IMG/VR virus record: IMGVR_UViG_3300002301_000037
Span: 1 to 38,712 of that record
Length of the DNA: 38,712 nt
Strand: one strand, 5' to 3'
DNA from: a virus
Lineage: Duplodnaviria > Caudoviricetes
The stretch's first letter is position 1; each line of letters starts with the position of its first letter. A program made the translations under genes and the position numbers. The notes beneath the pieces were generated by a model. The model was not told where the DNA came from. It was given only the letters and a program-made list of their open reading frames with translations, and made no database searches. Shown one piece after another: positions 19,074 to 28,679 of this stretch.

Positions 19074-19478
19074 ATGGCAGTTATCCAGGAACAGTATCCA
19101 AACCATGTAGACTACGATAGCGTGATTGGTGTTACAACATGGGTCGTCCTTGCTACGGACCAGACTGTTTATGCAAATCTTGCATCGCTTGCAGCGGCCG
19201 GTAAAAAGCCGTGGCCTCAGTCGTATACAGGGCAGCACGGCATAGACTATATGTCGGGGCTCGGGCCACTTACCGCACAGTCAGATGCAGGCGGAACGGC
19301 CGGATCAGCATTTTACATTGAGATCAATCAGTCTACCGCTCCGACAAGCGACAATCCCGCTTCTCTTGTTTTAGGGGGAGGAGGCAGTATCACATACAAT
19401 GCTGTCGGGAACCTATGGAACGTGTGGGTGCGCATGACTAACGCAAGCGACAAGTTGCGTCTCTACCTCGCCTATTAA
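19074..19478 (+). CDS. Small beta-rich structural protein, 134 aa
   Basis: AAGGA SD; in the tail operon. Confidence 0.7.
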   Translation: MAVIQEQYPNHVDYDSVIGVTTWVVLATDQTVYANLASLAAAGKKPWPQSYTGQHGIDYMSGLGPLTAQSDAGGTAGSAFYIEINQSTAPTSDNPASLVLGGGGSITYNAVGNLWNVWVRMTNASDKLRLYLAY

Positions 19479-19493
19479 CGGAGCATCAAGACA

Positions 19494-19610
19494 TTGCCAG
19501 AACCGGTAAACCCGCCGAGTATCGTCGTCGAGGATGTCGGCAACCTGTGGAATGTATGGGTCAAGGCTGGTAGTGTTACAGACGTTATCAGGCTTATACT
19601 GAGGTACTAA
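19494..19610 (+). CDS. 38-aa ORF paralogous to the C-terminus of the 134-aa protein
   Basis: TTG start after GGAG; LPEPVNPPSIVVEDVGNLWNVWVKAGSVTDVIRLILRY*; TAATG-coupled to the next gene; shares VGNLWNVWV with the upstream gene. Confidence 0.6.
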   Translation: MPEPVNPPSIVVEDVGNLWNVWVKAGSVTDVIRLILRY

Positions 19611-20971
19611 TGACGACTACCGAGCGTCCAACTGAACAGTCTATCTATGAACAGATGTGGAACATTGATAGCTACCGCAACACCTGTTACGGCGAGGAGT
19701 CCGTACTCCAGTTCCTGCGCCATGCTAACCCTGCAAAGGGATCTTCTGTCATAGACTTCGGTTGTGGCACCGGTCGCGCATCGCTCAAGTTGAAGTCATT
19801 AGGTTTCCAGCCTCACATGCTGGATTTCTCGGATAACTGCCGCGATCAGTCAGTCATAGACGCAGGTATCCCGTTCGCTTGCCACGATCTAACGAAACCG
19901 ATCGACAATGTAGCCGCTTACGGCATCTGTTGCGATGTCATGGAGCATATCCAACCAGACGATGTTGGTAAAGTGCTCGATAATATCCTGTTGGCGTGCC
20001 GGTTCTGTTGGTTCGATATTGCCACACATTCAGATACTTTTGGCGATCTTATCGGGCATTCATTGCATGTGTCGGTACACGACTACGAATGGTGGAGAAC
20101 CCAGTTTACGCAGCGCGAATGCCATATTATCCATTCAGAGGATACAGGCCGTTCCGTGCGGTTCCTAGTGTCAGCATGGGCCGACAATCAAGCACTCGTT
20201 GACGTTGGTGTTCTCAACATAGACGAGAGCCAGATACTCCAGAACATCCGCACTAATATCGGTAACGGATGGAACCAAGTTGTACCATGCCTCACACAAA
20301 ACACGGAGCTTCTCATACTCGGCGGCGGACCTTCATTATCTGATTATGAGAAGGAAATAAAGCGCAAACGCAAGTTAGGCGCGAAGGTAGTCTGTCTCAA
20401 CGGTTCCTATAACTGGTGTTTAGAACATGGCATTACGCCGAGCGCAGTCGTCATCGTGGATGGCAGGCCGTTCAACGCAAGGTTCACACATCCGGTAGTT
20501 GCCGACTGCCGATACCTCATTGCAAGCCAGTGCGATCCAAGTGTATTGGACGGACTACCGAAAGACCGGACGTACCTATGGCACACCACTGCTGATTTCA
20601 TCCGGCCACTGCTGGAGGAAATAGCAGGCGAATGCTACTGCATTCCAGGCGGGTCTACGGTGCTACTGAGAGCGATACCACTCCTGCGTATGATGGGGTA
20701 CTTGAAATACACACTGTATGGCTGTGATAGCTGTCTGTCGGATAGCGAGCACCATGCCTATCAACAGTCGGAAAACAACGATCAATCGGTGTTGCCGGTC
20801 GAGATCGGCGGCAGAGTATTCCAGTGTCACCCGTGGATGGCGGCACAATCGCAGGAATGGATCAGTTTGCTGAAAGTATTGCCGCACGATATGCAGATCC
20901 GAGTTAAAGGCGATGGCTTGCTGTCATTCATCATTGACCATGCGGCCACTATGAAAGGAACGATGGAATGA
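19610..20971 (+). CDS. Class I SAM-dependent methyltransferase fused to a Maf/DUF115 (MptE-like) domain, 453 aa
   Basis: N-terminal VIDFGCGTGR and CCDVMEHI; C-terminal LLILGGGPSL, VVCLNG...GITP...VIVDG, GGSTV and YTLYGCDS motifs of the Maf/DUF115 fold. Confidence 0.82.
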   Translation: MTTTERPTEQSIYEQMWNIDSYRNTCYGEESVLQFLRHANPAKGSSVIDFGCGTGRASLKLKSLGFQPHMLDFSDNCRDQSVIDAGIPFACHDLTKPIDNVAAYGICCDVMEHIQPDDVGKVLDNILLACRFCWFDIATHSDTFGDLIGHSLHVSVHDYEWWRTQFTQRECHIIHSEDTGRSVRFLVSAWADNQALVDVGVLNIDESQILQNIRTNIGNGWNQVVPCLTQNTELLILGGGPSLSDYEKEIKRKRKLGAKVVCLNGSYNWCLEHGITPSAVVIVDGRPFNARFTHPVVADCRYLIASQCDPSVLDGLPKDRTYLWHTTADFIRPLLEEIAGECYCIPGGSTVLLRAIPLLRMMGYLKYTLYGCDSCLSDSEHHAYQQSENNDQSVLPVEIGGRVFQCHPWMAAQSQEWISLLKVLPHDMQIRVKGDGLLSFIIDHAATMKGTME

Positions 20972-21228
20972 TAGTTCAGGATTTCATCAATCAGGCGTCC
21001 AGTGTCCCGAACAGTACCATGTACCTACCGGGCGGAGGCGTCATAGAGAGTGTTGTCATAGATGGCAACGCTGTATTTCTATCACCTCAAGTGGTCATAC
21101 ATCCTGCGGGTCCAGAAGACAAGATCGCGCAGTTAGAGGCGCAGGTAGCGGCACTACAGGCACAACTCGTGGGCAATCACGTTATTACACCGGATGCAGG
21201 CATCGTTAATGCGGAGGGCCAGAACTAA
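20968..21228 (+). CDS. Hypothetical protein with a short coiled coil, 86 aa
   Basis: ATGA overlap; KIAQLEAQVAALQAQL heptads. Confidence 0.7.
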   Translation: MIVQDFINQASSVPNSTMYLPGGGVIESVVIDGNAVFLSPQVVIHPAGPEDKIAQLEAQVAALQAQLVGNHVITPDAGIVNAEGQN

Positions 21229-21701
21229 TGGCAGCAGGAACATGGGGAGTATATACCCGTGCGAAGCGGTACTTAAATACCGGATCAATCACGCTAGGCG
21301 CCGGTGTCTTCAAAATGGTGCTGTATCGTACCAGCGCATCCGCAACGATTACAAAGCAGACTAACGGCGGCATCTCGACCTACGCCAGTGTAGCGGCTGA
21401 AATCAGCGCAACCGGTGGCTATGTCGCAGGCGGTAGGAACATTGCTCCGGCTACCGGAAAATGGACTGTTGGCGCATCCACTAAGCAGATGAAGTTCACG
21501 TACACCACGGCAGGTCTGGTATTTACCGCGAATGGCGGCCCGCTAACCAACGTGAGGTATGCGCTCATCCGAAACAGCACCGGAGCTGGCGCGGGTAAGG
21601 TGCTCTGCTTCGTGGCGCTCAGTACGGCACAGTTCACCGTTGCCACTGGCAACACGCTCACCATTGTACCGAATACTCTCGGTGTGTTTGTTTTGGCATA
21701 A
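21228..21701 (+). CDS. Small phage tail/appendage structural protein, 157 aa
   Basis: TAATG coupling; GSITL...FKMVL...EIS.TGGYVAGG...RYALI...LCFV...GNTLTI pattern of a widespread small virion-protein family. Confidence 0.65.
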   Translation: MAAGTWGVYTRAKRYLNTGSITLGAGVFKMVLYRTSASATITKQTNGGISTYASVAAEISATGGYVAGGRNIAPATGKWTVGASTKQMKFTYTTAGLVFTANGGPLTNVRYALIRNSTGAGAGKVLCFVALSTAQFTVATGNTLTIVPNTLGVFVLA

Positions 21702-21710
21702 GGGGGACAG

Positions 21711-22052
21711 ATGGCAGAGAATACGGACGCTCAGGTTATCGCATGGGCGAATCAGCGGCTCAGGCCGATCGCGAACGAAGTGGAAAAGCTGAAGTATATG
21801 CTCGACGCTTATATCAACGATTATGGCGCACAGACAATCGTTTCACTTATCAATCAGGCAGGTGCGTCGCTCATCATTGCCGACGGCAGCGACAGTGACG
21901 GCAGGCCGCAGGTAACCGGAACGATGGTTATCAATGCCGAGGCTGCATTTCTGCAACTCCAGACGGCGATTAACACAACATTGGTGACTGGCGTGGGGTC
22001 CACGGTGCATACAATCCTAAACGCGATTCAGACGAACAACGGGACTGGCTAA
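21711..22052 (+). CDS. Hypothetical helical protein, 113 aa
   Basis: AAGGGGG SD; operon packing. Confidence 0.7.
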   Translation: MAENTDAQVIAWANQRLRPIANEVEKLKYMLDAYINDYGAQTIVSLINQAGASLIIADGSDSDGRPQVTGTMVINAEAAFLQLQTAINTTLVTGVGSTVHTILNAIQTNNGTG

Positions 22053-22055
22053 TCT

Positions 22056-23786
22056 ATGGCTATCAGCGCATTTGCAATCTGGGAAGTTGAGAGCGGGGGC
22101 AGTGATACCGCCAATGGTGGAGGATTTGACCCCTCGCAGACGGCAGGTATGTTTACCGATGGCGCGGCTACTGTTGCCACCGGAAGCAGCCCCGTATTCA
22201 CGTCCGCGAGCTACAACTTTGTGGCAGGTGACGTTGGTGCGTGGGTTTATATAGGCGCGGGAACAAACTGGATTGCAGGCTGGTATAACATCGCTTCAGT
22301 GGCTTCAAATGCGGCTACATTATCTGCGGCGATCGGGTCGGCTGTTCTGTCTACAGGCGGCAGCACTGCTGTAGTAACCGCACCTTCGACAGCTATAGGA
22401 TGTGCAACAACCGCAAGCCCAACGGGCGCAACGTGGAGCATTGATTACAGCCAACAGTCGGCGGCACAGTTCAGTTATACCGATCTTGCATCAACCGGCA
22501 CCGGGCTAACCGTTAGTTCAGTTGCACACCCATTTGCTAAACAGCAGGTCGGGAACGTACTGGTGGTAGCGTCAGGCACTAACTTTAATGCGGGCAGATA
22601 TGTTATCGCCAGTGTCGCCGCGAGCGTTGCGACCGTCCAGGGTCCAACAAACATCACAACAGGAGTTGGTGCATCCGGCGTTGGTGGCATGGGCGGAGCG
22701 TTGGTTAGTCCAGGAAAAGCAGGATCGTTGATGGCATCTGGGCATGATATATTCCTGAAGTCCAACGGAACGACCCCATACACAGTCACATCGGCATCTA
22801 ACAACGTTGCAAATGGTTGCGTTGCACTGCCTGCGGGATCTTCTGCATCTAATCTGTCACAGTACATTGGATACGGTTCCGTAAGATGTGATGACGGCAC
22901 TTTACCAATAGTGAAAGCTAACGGATCTATATCTAGCTTTAGCCTGTGCACAGCCAACGCTAGCGATGGAAACATAATCCGCAACATCCAGTTCGACGGC
23001 AACAGTGGCACTGCATCTACTGGTGTATCAGTGCAGGGAAACTCCGTGCTTGTCTACAAATGCAATATCCTGAACTGCACGAGCTTTGGTGTTAGAGGTC
23101 AAGGTACGTACCCATCAACAGCGATTTTGTGTAGTTGCACTAACTGTAGCGCATCTGCAATGTATGAGATCAACTGCTACAACTGCGTATCCTACAACCA
23201 CACATCCTCGACGGCTGCATTCTTTGGAGGCCCCAATGCGGCAGTATATGTGAACTGCATAGCATACGGTGGCACGGGTGCAACGGCGTACGGGTTTGCA
23301 TTACAAGGTACTGACACCTGCATCAACTGCACCGCTTACAACAACGCCGGAGACGGATTCAACGTTACCGTAGGCGTCAACACCGTCACTATGATAAACT
23401 GCTACGCAGAGAAGAACGGCGGGTACGGGTTTAATGCGTCCGCCGCGTCCAACAACATCAAGATGATTACATGTGCGGCAGGGTTCGGGTCGGGTGCGAA
23501 CGCGTCAGGTGCATACAACACGTCCAACATTACCATTGGTGAAGTAATCAGCTTTATCAACTGTTCTGTCTCTGGTTCCGCTTTTACCAACGCGGGCGGA
23601 AACGACTTCAGCCTCAATAATCTAGCAGGGCTAGGTGCGGTATTGCGAAGCGCAGGGCTCCCTGGAGTGTCGGGTTATCCTGGAACATCAACCGCAAGCT
23701 ATCCAGATATCGGAGCAGCGCAACACTTAACAGGCATAGGGATACCGCCAATCGTCAATTGTGCAATTTACAACGTGGTTCCGTAG
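22056..23786 (+). CDS. Beta-helix-containing appendage protein, 576 aa
   Basis: Two N-terminal repeats (..GTN...G.Y.IASV) followed by parallel beta-helix turns with NC ladders (INCTAYNNAGDGF, INCYAEKNGGYGF); ends DFSL...DIGAAQ. Confidence 0.75.
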   Translation: MAISAFAIWEVESGGSDTANGGGFDPSQTAGMFTDGAATVATGSSPVFTSASYNFVAGDVGAWVYIGAGTNWIAGWYNIASVASNAATLSAAIGSAVLSTGGSTAVVTAPSTAIGCATTASPTGATWSIDYSQQSAAQFSYTDLASTGTGLTVSSVAHPFAKQQVGNVLVVASGTNFNAGRYVIASVAASVATVQGPTNITTGVGASGVGGMGGALVSPGKAGSLMASGHDIFLKSNGTTPYTVTSASNNVANGCVALPAGSSASNLSQYIGYGSVRCDDGTLPIVKANGSISSFSLCTANASDGNIIRNIQFDGNSGTASTGVSVQGNSVLVYKCNILNCTSFGVRGQGTYPSTAILCSCTNCSASAMYEINCYNCVSYNHTSSTAAFFGGPNAAVYVNCIAYGGTGATAYGFALQGTDTCINCTAYNNAGDGFNVTVGVNTVTMINCYAEKNGGYGFNASAASNNIKMITCAAGFGSGANASGAYNTSNITIGEVISFINCSVSGSAFTNAGGNDFSLNNLAGLGAVLRSAGLPGVSGYPGTSTASYPDIGAAQHLTGIGIPPIVNCAIYNVVP

Positions 23787-23797
23787 GAGTTCTAGTT

Positions 23798-24256
23798 ATG
23801 GCAGATATGATATGCGTGGCAGGTTCGGGCGAGTGCGTACTTGTCGCCAATACTGCCAAGACGATACTGCAAATTAAGGCAGCTACAAACCAGCGCGTTA
23901 AAGTCAGCAAGTTGGAATTGTGGGGCAAACAGCCTGCCGGTGGAACCGATACGCCTGTGAAGATCAGGGTAACTCGATCTACGGCCAACTTCGGAACATT
24001 TACGACCGGAACACCTGGCAAACTCGATCCCTCCAATCCGGAAACAATCCAGACGACAGTAGGGCAGAACGCATCGGTAGAGCCGACGTCGCCAACCGAT
24101 ACAAGCTACTGGATAGAGTTCTCGCCTCAGTCGGGAGTTATCAACCCGCAGGCTTATTCGTTCGAATGGAAGATACCCGGCGGCCAGGCATTGAACATTG
24201 AAGCTACGAGTACCGGCACTCCAACGATCGTATGCGATTTGACCTTTGAGGAATAA
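23798..24256 (+). CDS. Small beta-sandwich structural protein, 152 aa
   Basis: AGGAG SD before ATG 23798 (MADMICVAGSG); ends in TFEE. Confidence 0.7.
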   Translation: MADMICVAGSGECVLVANTAKTILQIKAATNQRVKVSKLELWGKQPAGGTDTPVKIRVTRSTANFGTFTTGTPGKLDPSNPETIQTTVGQNASVEPTSPTDTSYWIEFSPQSGVINPQAYSFEWKIPGGQALNIEATSTGTPTIVCDLTFEE

Positions 24257-24259
24257 ACA

Positions 24260-25381
24260 ATGCCGGTTCCGGTTATACTCGGCGGCCCAAAGAACCGGAA
24301 ACCGTTTGTCGGCGCGCCTTTTGGCTCATCGTCTGGTGCTATCACCATTACGCCCACCCAAGGATCATTAGCATATACCGGACTGTCGCCATTTCTGTCG
24401 TTCGTGCTAACCCCAGTCAATGCGAGTTTGCTGTATACAGGCGAAGCTGCATCAGCGTCGGTCGGTACACCAATCACACCGACAGGTGGAGCATTAGCCT
24501 ACACAGGGAAAAGTTTAACACTCGGTACTGGTATTACTCCAGTTGACGGGACGCTTACATACACTGGCGAAAGTACCGCTGTCAATGTTGGATTTAGCAT
24601 TACACCCATTGACGGAATGCTGGCATATACCGGTGAAAGCTTAGCGCTCAAATCTGGCATCACGCCAGTAGACGGCACGTTAGCCTACACAGGGGAACTA
24701 GCGAACCTAAACACATCAATCACACCCACTGACGCAACACTCACCTATACAGGAGAGTTGGCAAGCGTTGTCAATGGGATTAATGCAATTCCTACCCAGG
24801 GGTCGTTAGCGTACACCGGCGAAAATGTAACGATCAACACCGGCATCTACGTCGGCAGCCGGTCGATCACATACACGGGAGAAAATCCTGGCGTAACCAT
24901 AGGGTTTAGTATTTCACCAACAACCGGGACGTTGTTGTATACCGGCCAATCTCCCATAGTCGGCAAAGTGATTGTTGTCAGTAACGGCACACTCACGATC
25001 ACGGGCGAACAAGTAACAGTTACGGTATCGGGCGGCAGTATCATACCCAGCACCGGTGCGATGGCCTATACCGGTGAATTACCGATTGTCGCGACGGGGG
25101 TACTCACTGGAACCGGGGTTCTCGCATTAGTTGGTTATCAGGCCGGCGTCATTGTCTCACAGCCTTATGTGCCACCGCCAACACCGGTACTGCCGCCGCC
25201 GTTTGTATTCGTGCCGCCACAGCCGTGGACACAATCTCAACCGGCTGTTGCGGTATGGTCAGATACACAGGCAGCTCTCGCAACATGGTCATTGGTCAAC
25301 TCTAACCCGGCAGTATGGGCGTACAGTAGCGCATACGAAGTAGTCCAACCACCAGCGATTACGGAAGGGGTATCGGGTTAA
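24260..25381 (+). CDS. Thr-rich tandem-repeat fibre-like protein, 373 aa
   Basis: About 13 repeats of 20-23 aa with consensus ITPxxGxLxYTGE, followed by a Pro-rich linker and Trp-spaced tail. Confidence 0.8.
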   Translation: MPVPVILGGPKNRKPFVGAPFGSSSGAITITPTQGSLAYTGLSPFLSFVLTPVNASLLYTGEAASASVGTPITPTGGALAYTGKSLTLGTGITPVDGTLTYTGESTAVNVGFSITPIDGMLAYTGESLALKSGITPVDGTLAYTGELANLNTSITPTDATLTYTGELASVVNGINAIPTQGSLAYTGENVTINTGIYVGSRSITYTGENPGVTIGFSISPTTGTLLYTGQSPIVGKVIVVSNGTLTITGEQVTVTVSGGSIIPSTGAMAYTGELPIVATGVLTGTGVLALVGYQAGVIVSQPYVPPPTPVLPPPFVFVPPQPWTQSQPAVAVWSDTQAALATWSLVNSNPAVWAYSSAYEVVQPPAITEGVSG

Positions 25382-25438
25382 ATTCCTATGGCGCCCAACG
25401 GTACGTTGCGAGCTGGATACGCGCGAGGAAGTTAATAG

Positions 25439-26278
25439 ATGGCAAGTCAAACACCGCTTACACTGGGCGAAATGCTGGATCAAATCAGACGTCAAATCCA
25501 GCAGGTTCCGCTCTACGACATCACCGGATCAACCGGCGATATTGGCCTGCCGTCACCATCATTCCCGTGGCCGAACAATAATTTACTCATCCAGTTGGTC
25601 AACGAGTCGATAGACGCCATCAATCGCCAGGTCCGCGCCGGGAAGGTTGTAGTCATCACGGCGGCTGTCACGCGTGCAACTCAGCCAGGTCCGTACGTCG
25701 TTGACTTCAGTGGGTCTGTAACAGACGCTAACAATGTCAGCGAAGCGATGGATATCGGTTGGCAGCCATCTTCACCCGCCAGTTCTCAGGTCACCAGGCT
25801 GGAAAAGTACGAGTACTACGCAGGCGTACGTAATTTCAACCCGTTCGATCCCATGAATCCCGACAACACGCCAACCCAATGGAGCCAGACCGGTACGCAG
25901 ATCCTACTCGTACCACCGCCTAACCAGGCCGGGACACTCTACATTCTCCAGCAGCAGGGGCTAGATTACCTCGTGAACCTGGGCGATACCCTATCGTCGT
26001 ACTTCCCGGTGAACTACCAGTGTGCGGTATGGTACTACGCTACGTATCTGCTCTGTTCCCTGGCGACTTCTGACGTTGAGATGGCTGATAGGGCGCAATC
26101 GTTCTTACTCAAAGCTAATACGGCCATTACGCAGGTTTACGACTGGAAGAACGGGCAAGGTCAGGTGAGCATCCAGGCTCAAAACGATATGATAGAGATG
26201 CTCACGGGTATGACAAAACCGAGGTCCGTCGCTTCGCCGCCGGTACCAACACCGGGTAATCAGCAGGGAGGCAGATAA
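25439..26278 (+). CDS. Head-tail adaptor / tail tubular A-like protein, 279 aa
   Basis: TLGEMLDQIRRQI...LIQLVNESI, PTQW...ILLVPPP and FPVNYQCAVWYYATYLL pattern of podovirus adaptor proteins. Confidence 0.72.
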   Translation: MASQTPLTLGEMLDQIRRQIQQVPLYDITGSTGDIGLPSPSFPWPNNNLLIQLVNESIDAINRQVRAGKVVVITAAVTRATQPGPYVVDFSGSVTDANNVSEAMDIGWQPSSPASSQVTRLEKYEYYAGVRNFNPFDPMNPDNTPTQWSQTGTQILLVPPPNQAGTLYILQQQGLDYLVNLGDTLSSYFPVNYQCAVWYYATYLLCSLATSDVEMADRAQSFLLKANTAITQVYDWKNGQGQVSIQAQNDMIEMLTGMTKPRSVASPPVPTPGNQQGGR

Positions 26279-26281
26279 CAT

Positions 26282-27811
26282 ATGGCTACCGTTGTTTCTT
26301 CTCCCACCACGATAACTCTAGAGTACAACGTTCAAGGCTCTAACTATACTTGGACTACCAACCCTGTCAACAATACAACGTTTACCATACCGTCAGGTGT
26401 CTATGTGTCCGGATTATGGACCATATCCTATGCATGGTCAGGGACTTTCTGCGGCAACACCATAGCGGCAATCCTTCAGGGCAGTAGTGGCGCAACTCCT
26501 TACGACACACTGTACGAAGCCATCCCGCCGCAATTGGCCGATACTGTCGTAAACGTCCCATCCCCAGTTGGCGCAAGCAATTTGGCAGCTATCAATGCGG
26601 CAGCAGGCCATTCGCCAATATGGTGCTATATCGAATCGGCGCAAGGAGCAGCAGGCGGTACAGTTGGGCCGATAACAACCCTAACGCTAACTCTCACAGA
26701 GGCAAGTACCGGCGGCTCCCCAACCCAATACACCGTTACAGGCACGAGCACCGGAGACGGATGCGCCACGATTACCGTCACCATGCTGGACATGAACGGC
26801 AACCTCGCCAACGCGCCTATGGGCGGCCAGGTCTTTACATCGTCCACCACTTGCAGCGGCGCGAATTTCAATCCGTACATTCTCACGATACCGTCAGGCA
26901 GCAGTTCAGGCACAATCACGTACTGCAACCAGAACAGCGGCACCTGCACTATCACCACCTGCCCCGGCGCGGGTCCACTCGTCGCACTTCCATGCGTCAG
27001 TATCCCAATCACCATCAGTGGCGCGCCAACAGATCCGGAAACGGCCGTCTGTCAAATCACACGCCCAATCATGCGTGAGGCTATCAGGCACAAGCTCGGC
27101 ATTGTAACACCGCTCGATAGCGGACTAGGTAACGCTGGAGACGGTCCAAGAGGTCAGGCATGGCCGACGAACGTCGTCATAAATGAAGCCATTGCCGACG
27201 CTATCCGGGATATAAACACACAGGCCAACCTGCATACGTTAGTACAACTCACAACGCCGATTGCAGCATACGCTCCCACGTTCCAAGGTCCGGCGCAAAT
27301 CAGTTTAGCGGGCGATCCGCAATGCCCAACACGTCTATCTATCAACAACATACGACGATGCGTGTATACTGATAACCAGGGGAACATCTATCGATTAAGA
27401 CCATCAACGTACTACGATCACGACAAGAACTACCGGGATTGGGATGTTACGTACGCGGCCAGTTACCCGATGGAGTTTGCCGTCGAGGGCTATCAAGTCC
27501 TCATATGGCCCGCTCCGCTGAACCCAGGCACGCTGTCGTTCTATGCCGGTACGGCGTTTATGAACTTCGCGAGCGATAATGACTGGCTCGATCAACTCCC
27601 TATTGATTACAGCCAGGTAGTCGAAGACCGCGCCGTGATGCGCCTCTGCATGACGCGGCCGAACGAGCCGAACTATGTAGCCATGTACAAGATGTACCAA
27701 GCAGAATCAGTGCGCGGAATTCAGCGCATTATCATGTGGTACGTGACGATCAACCAGACTTTACAGGTCGGGTTATCGGTAGACAAGGGTAGAAGACGAC
27801 GCGTTAGATAA
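26282..27811 (+). CDS. Second adaptor paralogue with N-terminal Ig-like domains, 509 aa
   Basis: C-terminal half (from about 27050) aligns by eye with the 279-aa adaptor; N-terminal half is Thr/Cys-rich beta (ITVTMLDMNGN). Confidence 0.72.
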   Translation: MATVVSSPTTITLEYNVQGSNYTWTTNPVNNTTFTIPSGVYVSGLWTISYAWSGTFCGNTIAAILQGSSGATPYDTLYEAIPPQLADTVVNVPSPVGASNLAAINAAAGHSPIWCYIESAQGAAGGTVGPITTLTLTLTEASTGGSPTQYTVTGTSTGDGCATITVTMLDMNGNLANAPMGGQVFTSSTTCSGANFNPYILTIPSGSSSGTITYCNQNSGTCTITTCPGAGPLVALPCVSIPITISGAPTDPETAVCQITRPIMREAIRHKLGIVTPLDSGLGNAGDGPRGQAWPTNVVINEAIADAIRDINTQANLHTLVQLTTPIAAYAPTFQGPAQISLAGDPQCPTRLSINNIRRCVYTDNQGNIYRLRPSTYYDHDKNYRDWDVTYAASYPMEFAVEGYQVLIWPAPLNPGTLSFYAGTAFMNFASDNDWLDQLPIDYSQVVEDRAVMRLCMTRPNEPNYVAMYKMYQAESVRGIQRIIMWYVTINQTLQVGLSVDKGRRRRVR

Positions 27812-27824
27812 GAAAGGAGCCACC

Positions 27825-28160
27825 ATGACATCAAAGGGCGGATTAAAGCCAATGGGGCCACAGGTAGCAGGTTCACCCAAGCCACCCACAGGCGGTACGG
27901 GGGTCAATTCCAAAATGATGCGCGGAATGCAGCAGGGCGGCGGCAAGCAGATGGCAAACGACGGACCGGATTTCGACGCTCCGAATGCACGCGGCACACA
28001 GGGCAGCTTCGATCAGCCTAACGGTGCAACCAGGGGCGGTATTCCAAGCACCGTCAAGGTCACTATTCACCCGGCTACGCATCCTATAAGGGCAGCGTAC
28101 GCCAAGCGACCTGTACCGACAGGCGCAAGTTCAATGGGCTCGATGCCGGAGATGAAGTAG
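27825..28160 (+). CDS. Gly/Met/Pro-rich low-complexity basic protein, 111 aa
   Basis: AAGGAG SD; operon packing. Confidence 0.7.
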   Translation: MTSKGGLKPMGPQVAGSPKPPTGGTGVNSKMMRGMQQGGGKQMANDGPDFDAPNARGTQGSFDQPNGATRGGIPSTVKVTIHPATHPIRAAYAKRPVPTGASSMGSMPEMK

Positions 28161-28203
28161 GCGGAGACGACCCCGCAATGACACGCGATAGAAAGGCAAT
28201 ATC

Positions 28204-28671
28204 ATGACGGCCTTATCACAAGAGAAAGCGGCGTACGGCGCTGCACGTACTAAAGACGTGCTTTTTGGCATCCAGGCAATAGAGGAAAACGGCAAGATCC
28301 TTTATACAACGTTTAACCCGAGAGGCGCGGATTCTCAGGGTAAATTATGGGATGCTACCGGAAGCGTCGTTACTGTCCTGACTACCTCACACGACGTTTC
28401 TCATTTCCAGGCAAATGTAACAGCTCATGGGTTCTACCGTCAAACAGGCGTCCCGAACATCCCAGTCCAAATCATTGCTGTGATTTCCGTGCCAAAGTCA
28501 GGGCCTCAAACCTTGGAAATACTGGTCGAGAACTTCAACACTCGCGCGGTACTATTTGCCACTACCGCACCAGAGCCAGTACTCGAAGGGTTCATTTACA
28601 TCGATGACGGCGGCCTTATGTCGGACGCACAGACTGTTACACCTGCGCCGGTGAGCACGCCGGTTTCATAG
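28204..28671 (+). CDS. Hypothetical protein, 155 aa
   Basis: AAGG SD; on the coding strand of the operon. Confidence 0.7.
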   Translation: MTALSQEKAAYGAARTKDVLFGIQAIEENGKILYTTFNPRGADSQGKLWDATGSVVTVLTTSHDVSHFQANVTAHGFYRQTGVPNIPVQIIAVISVPKSGPQTLEILVENFNTRAVLFATTAPEPVLEGFIYIDDGGLMSDAQTVTPAPVSTPVS

Positions 28672-28679
28672 GGGGATAG

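Noticed and set aside
19395-19610. Possible DGR template/variable repeat pair
   Set aside because: Differences are not adenine-specific, are synonymous in the conserved core, and there is no reverse transcriptase in the window.
24340-25150. CRISPR-like periodic repeats
   Set aside because: Periodicity is at the codon level inside an ORF; there are no identical DNA repeats with unique spacers.
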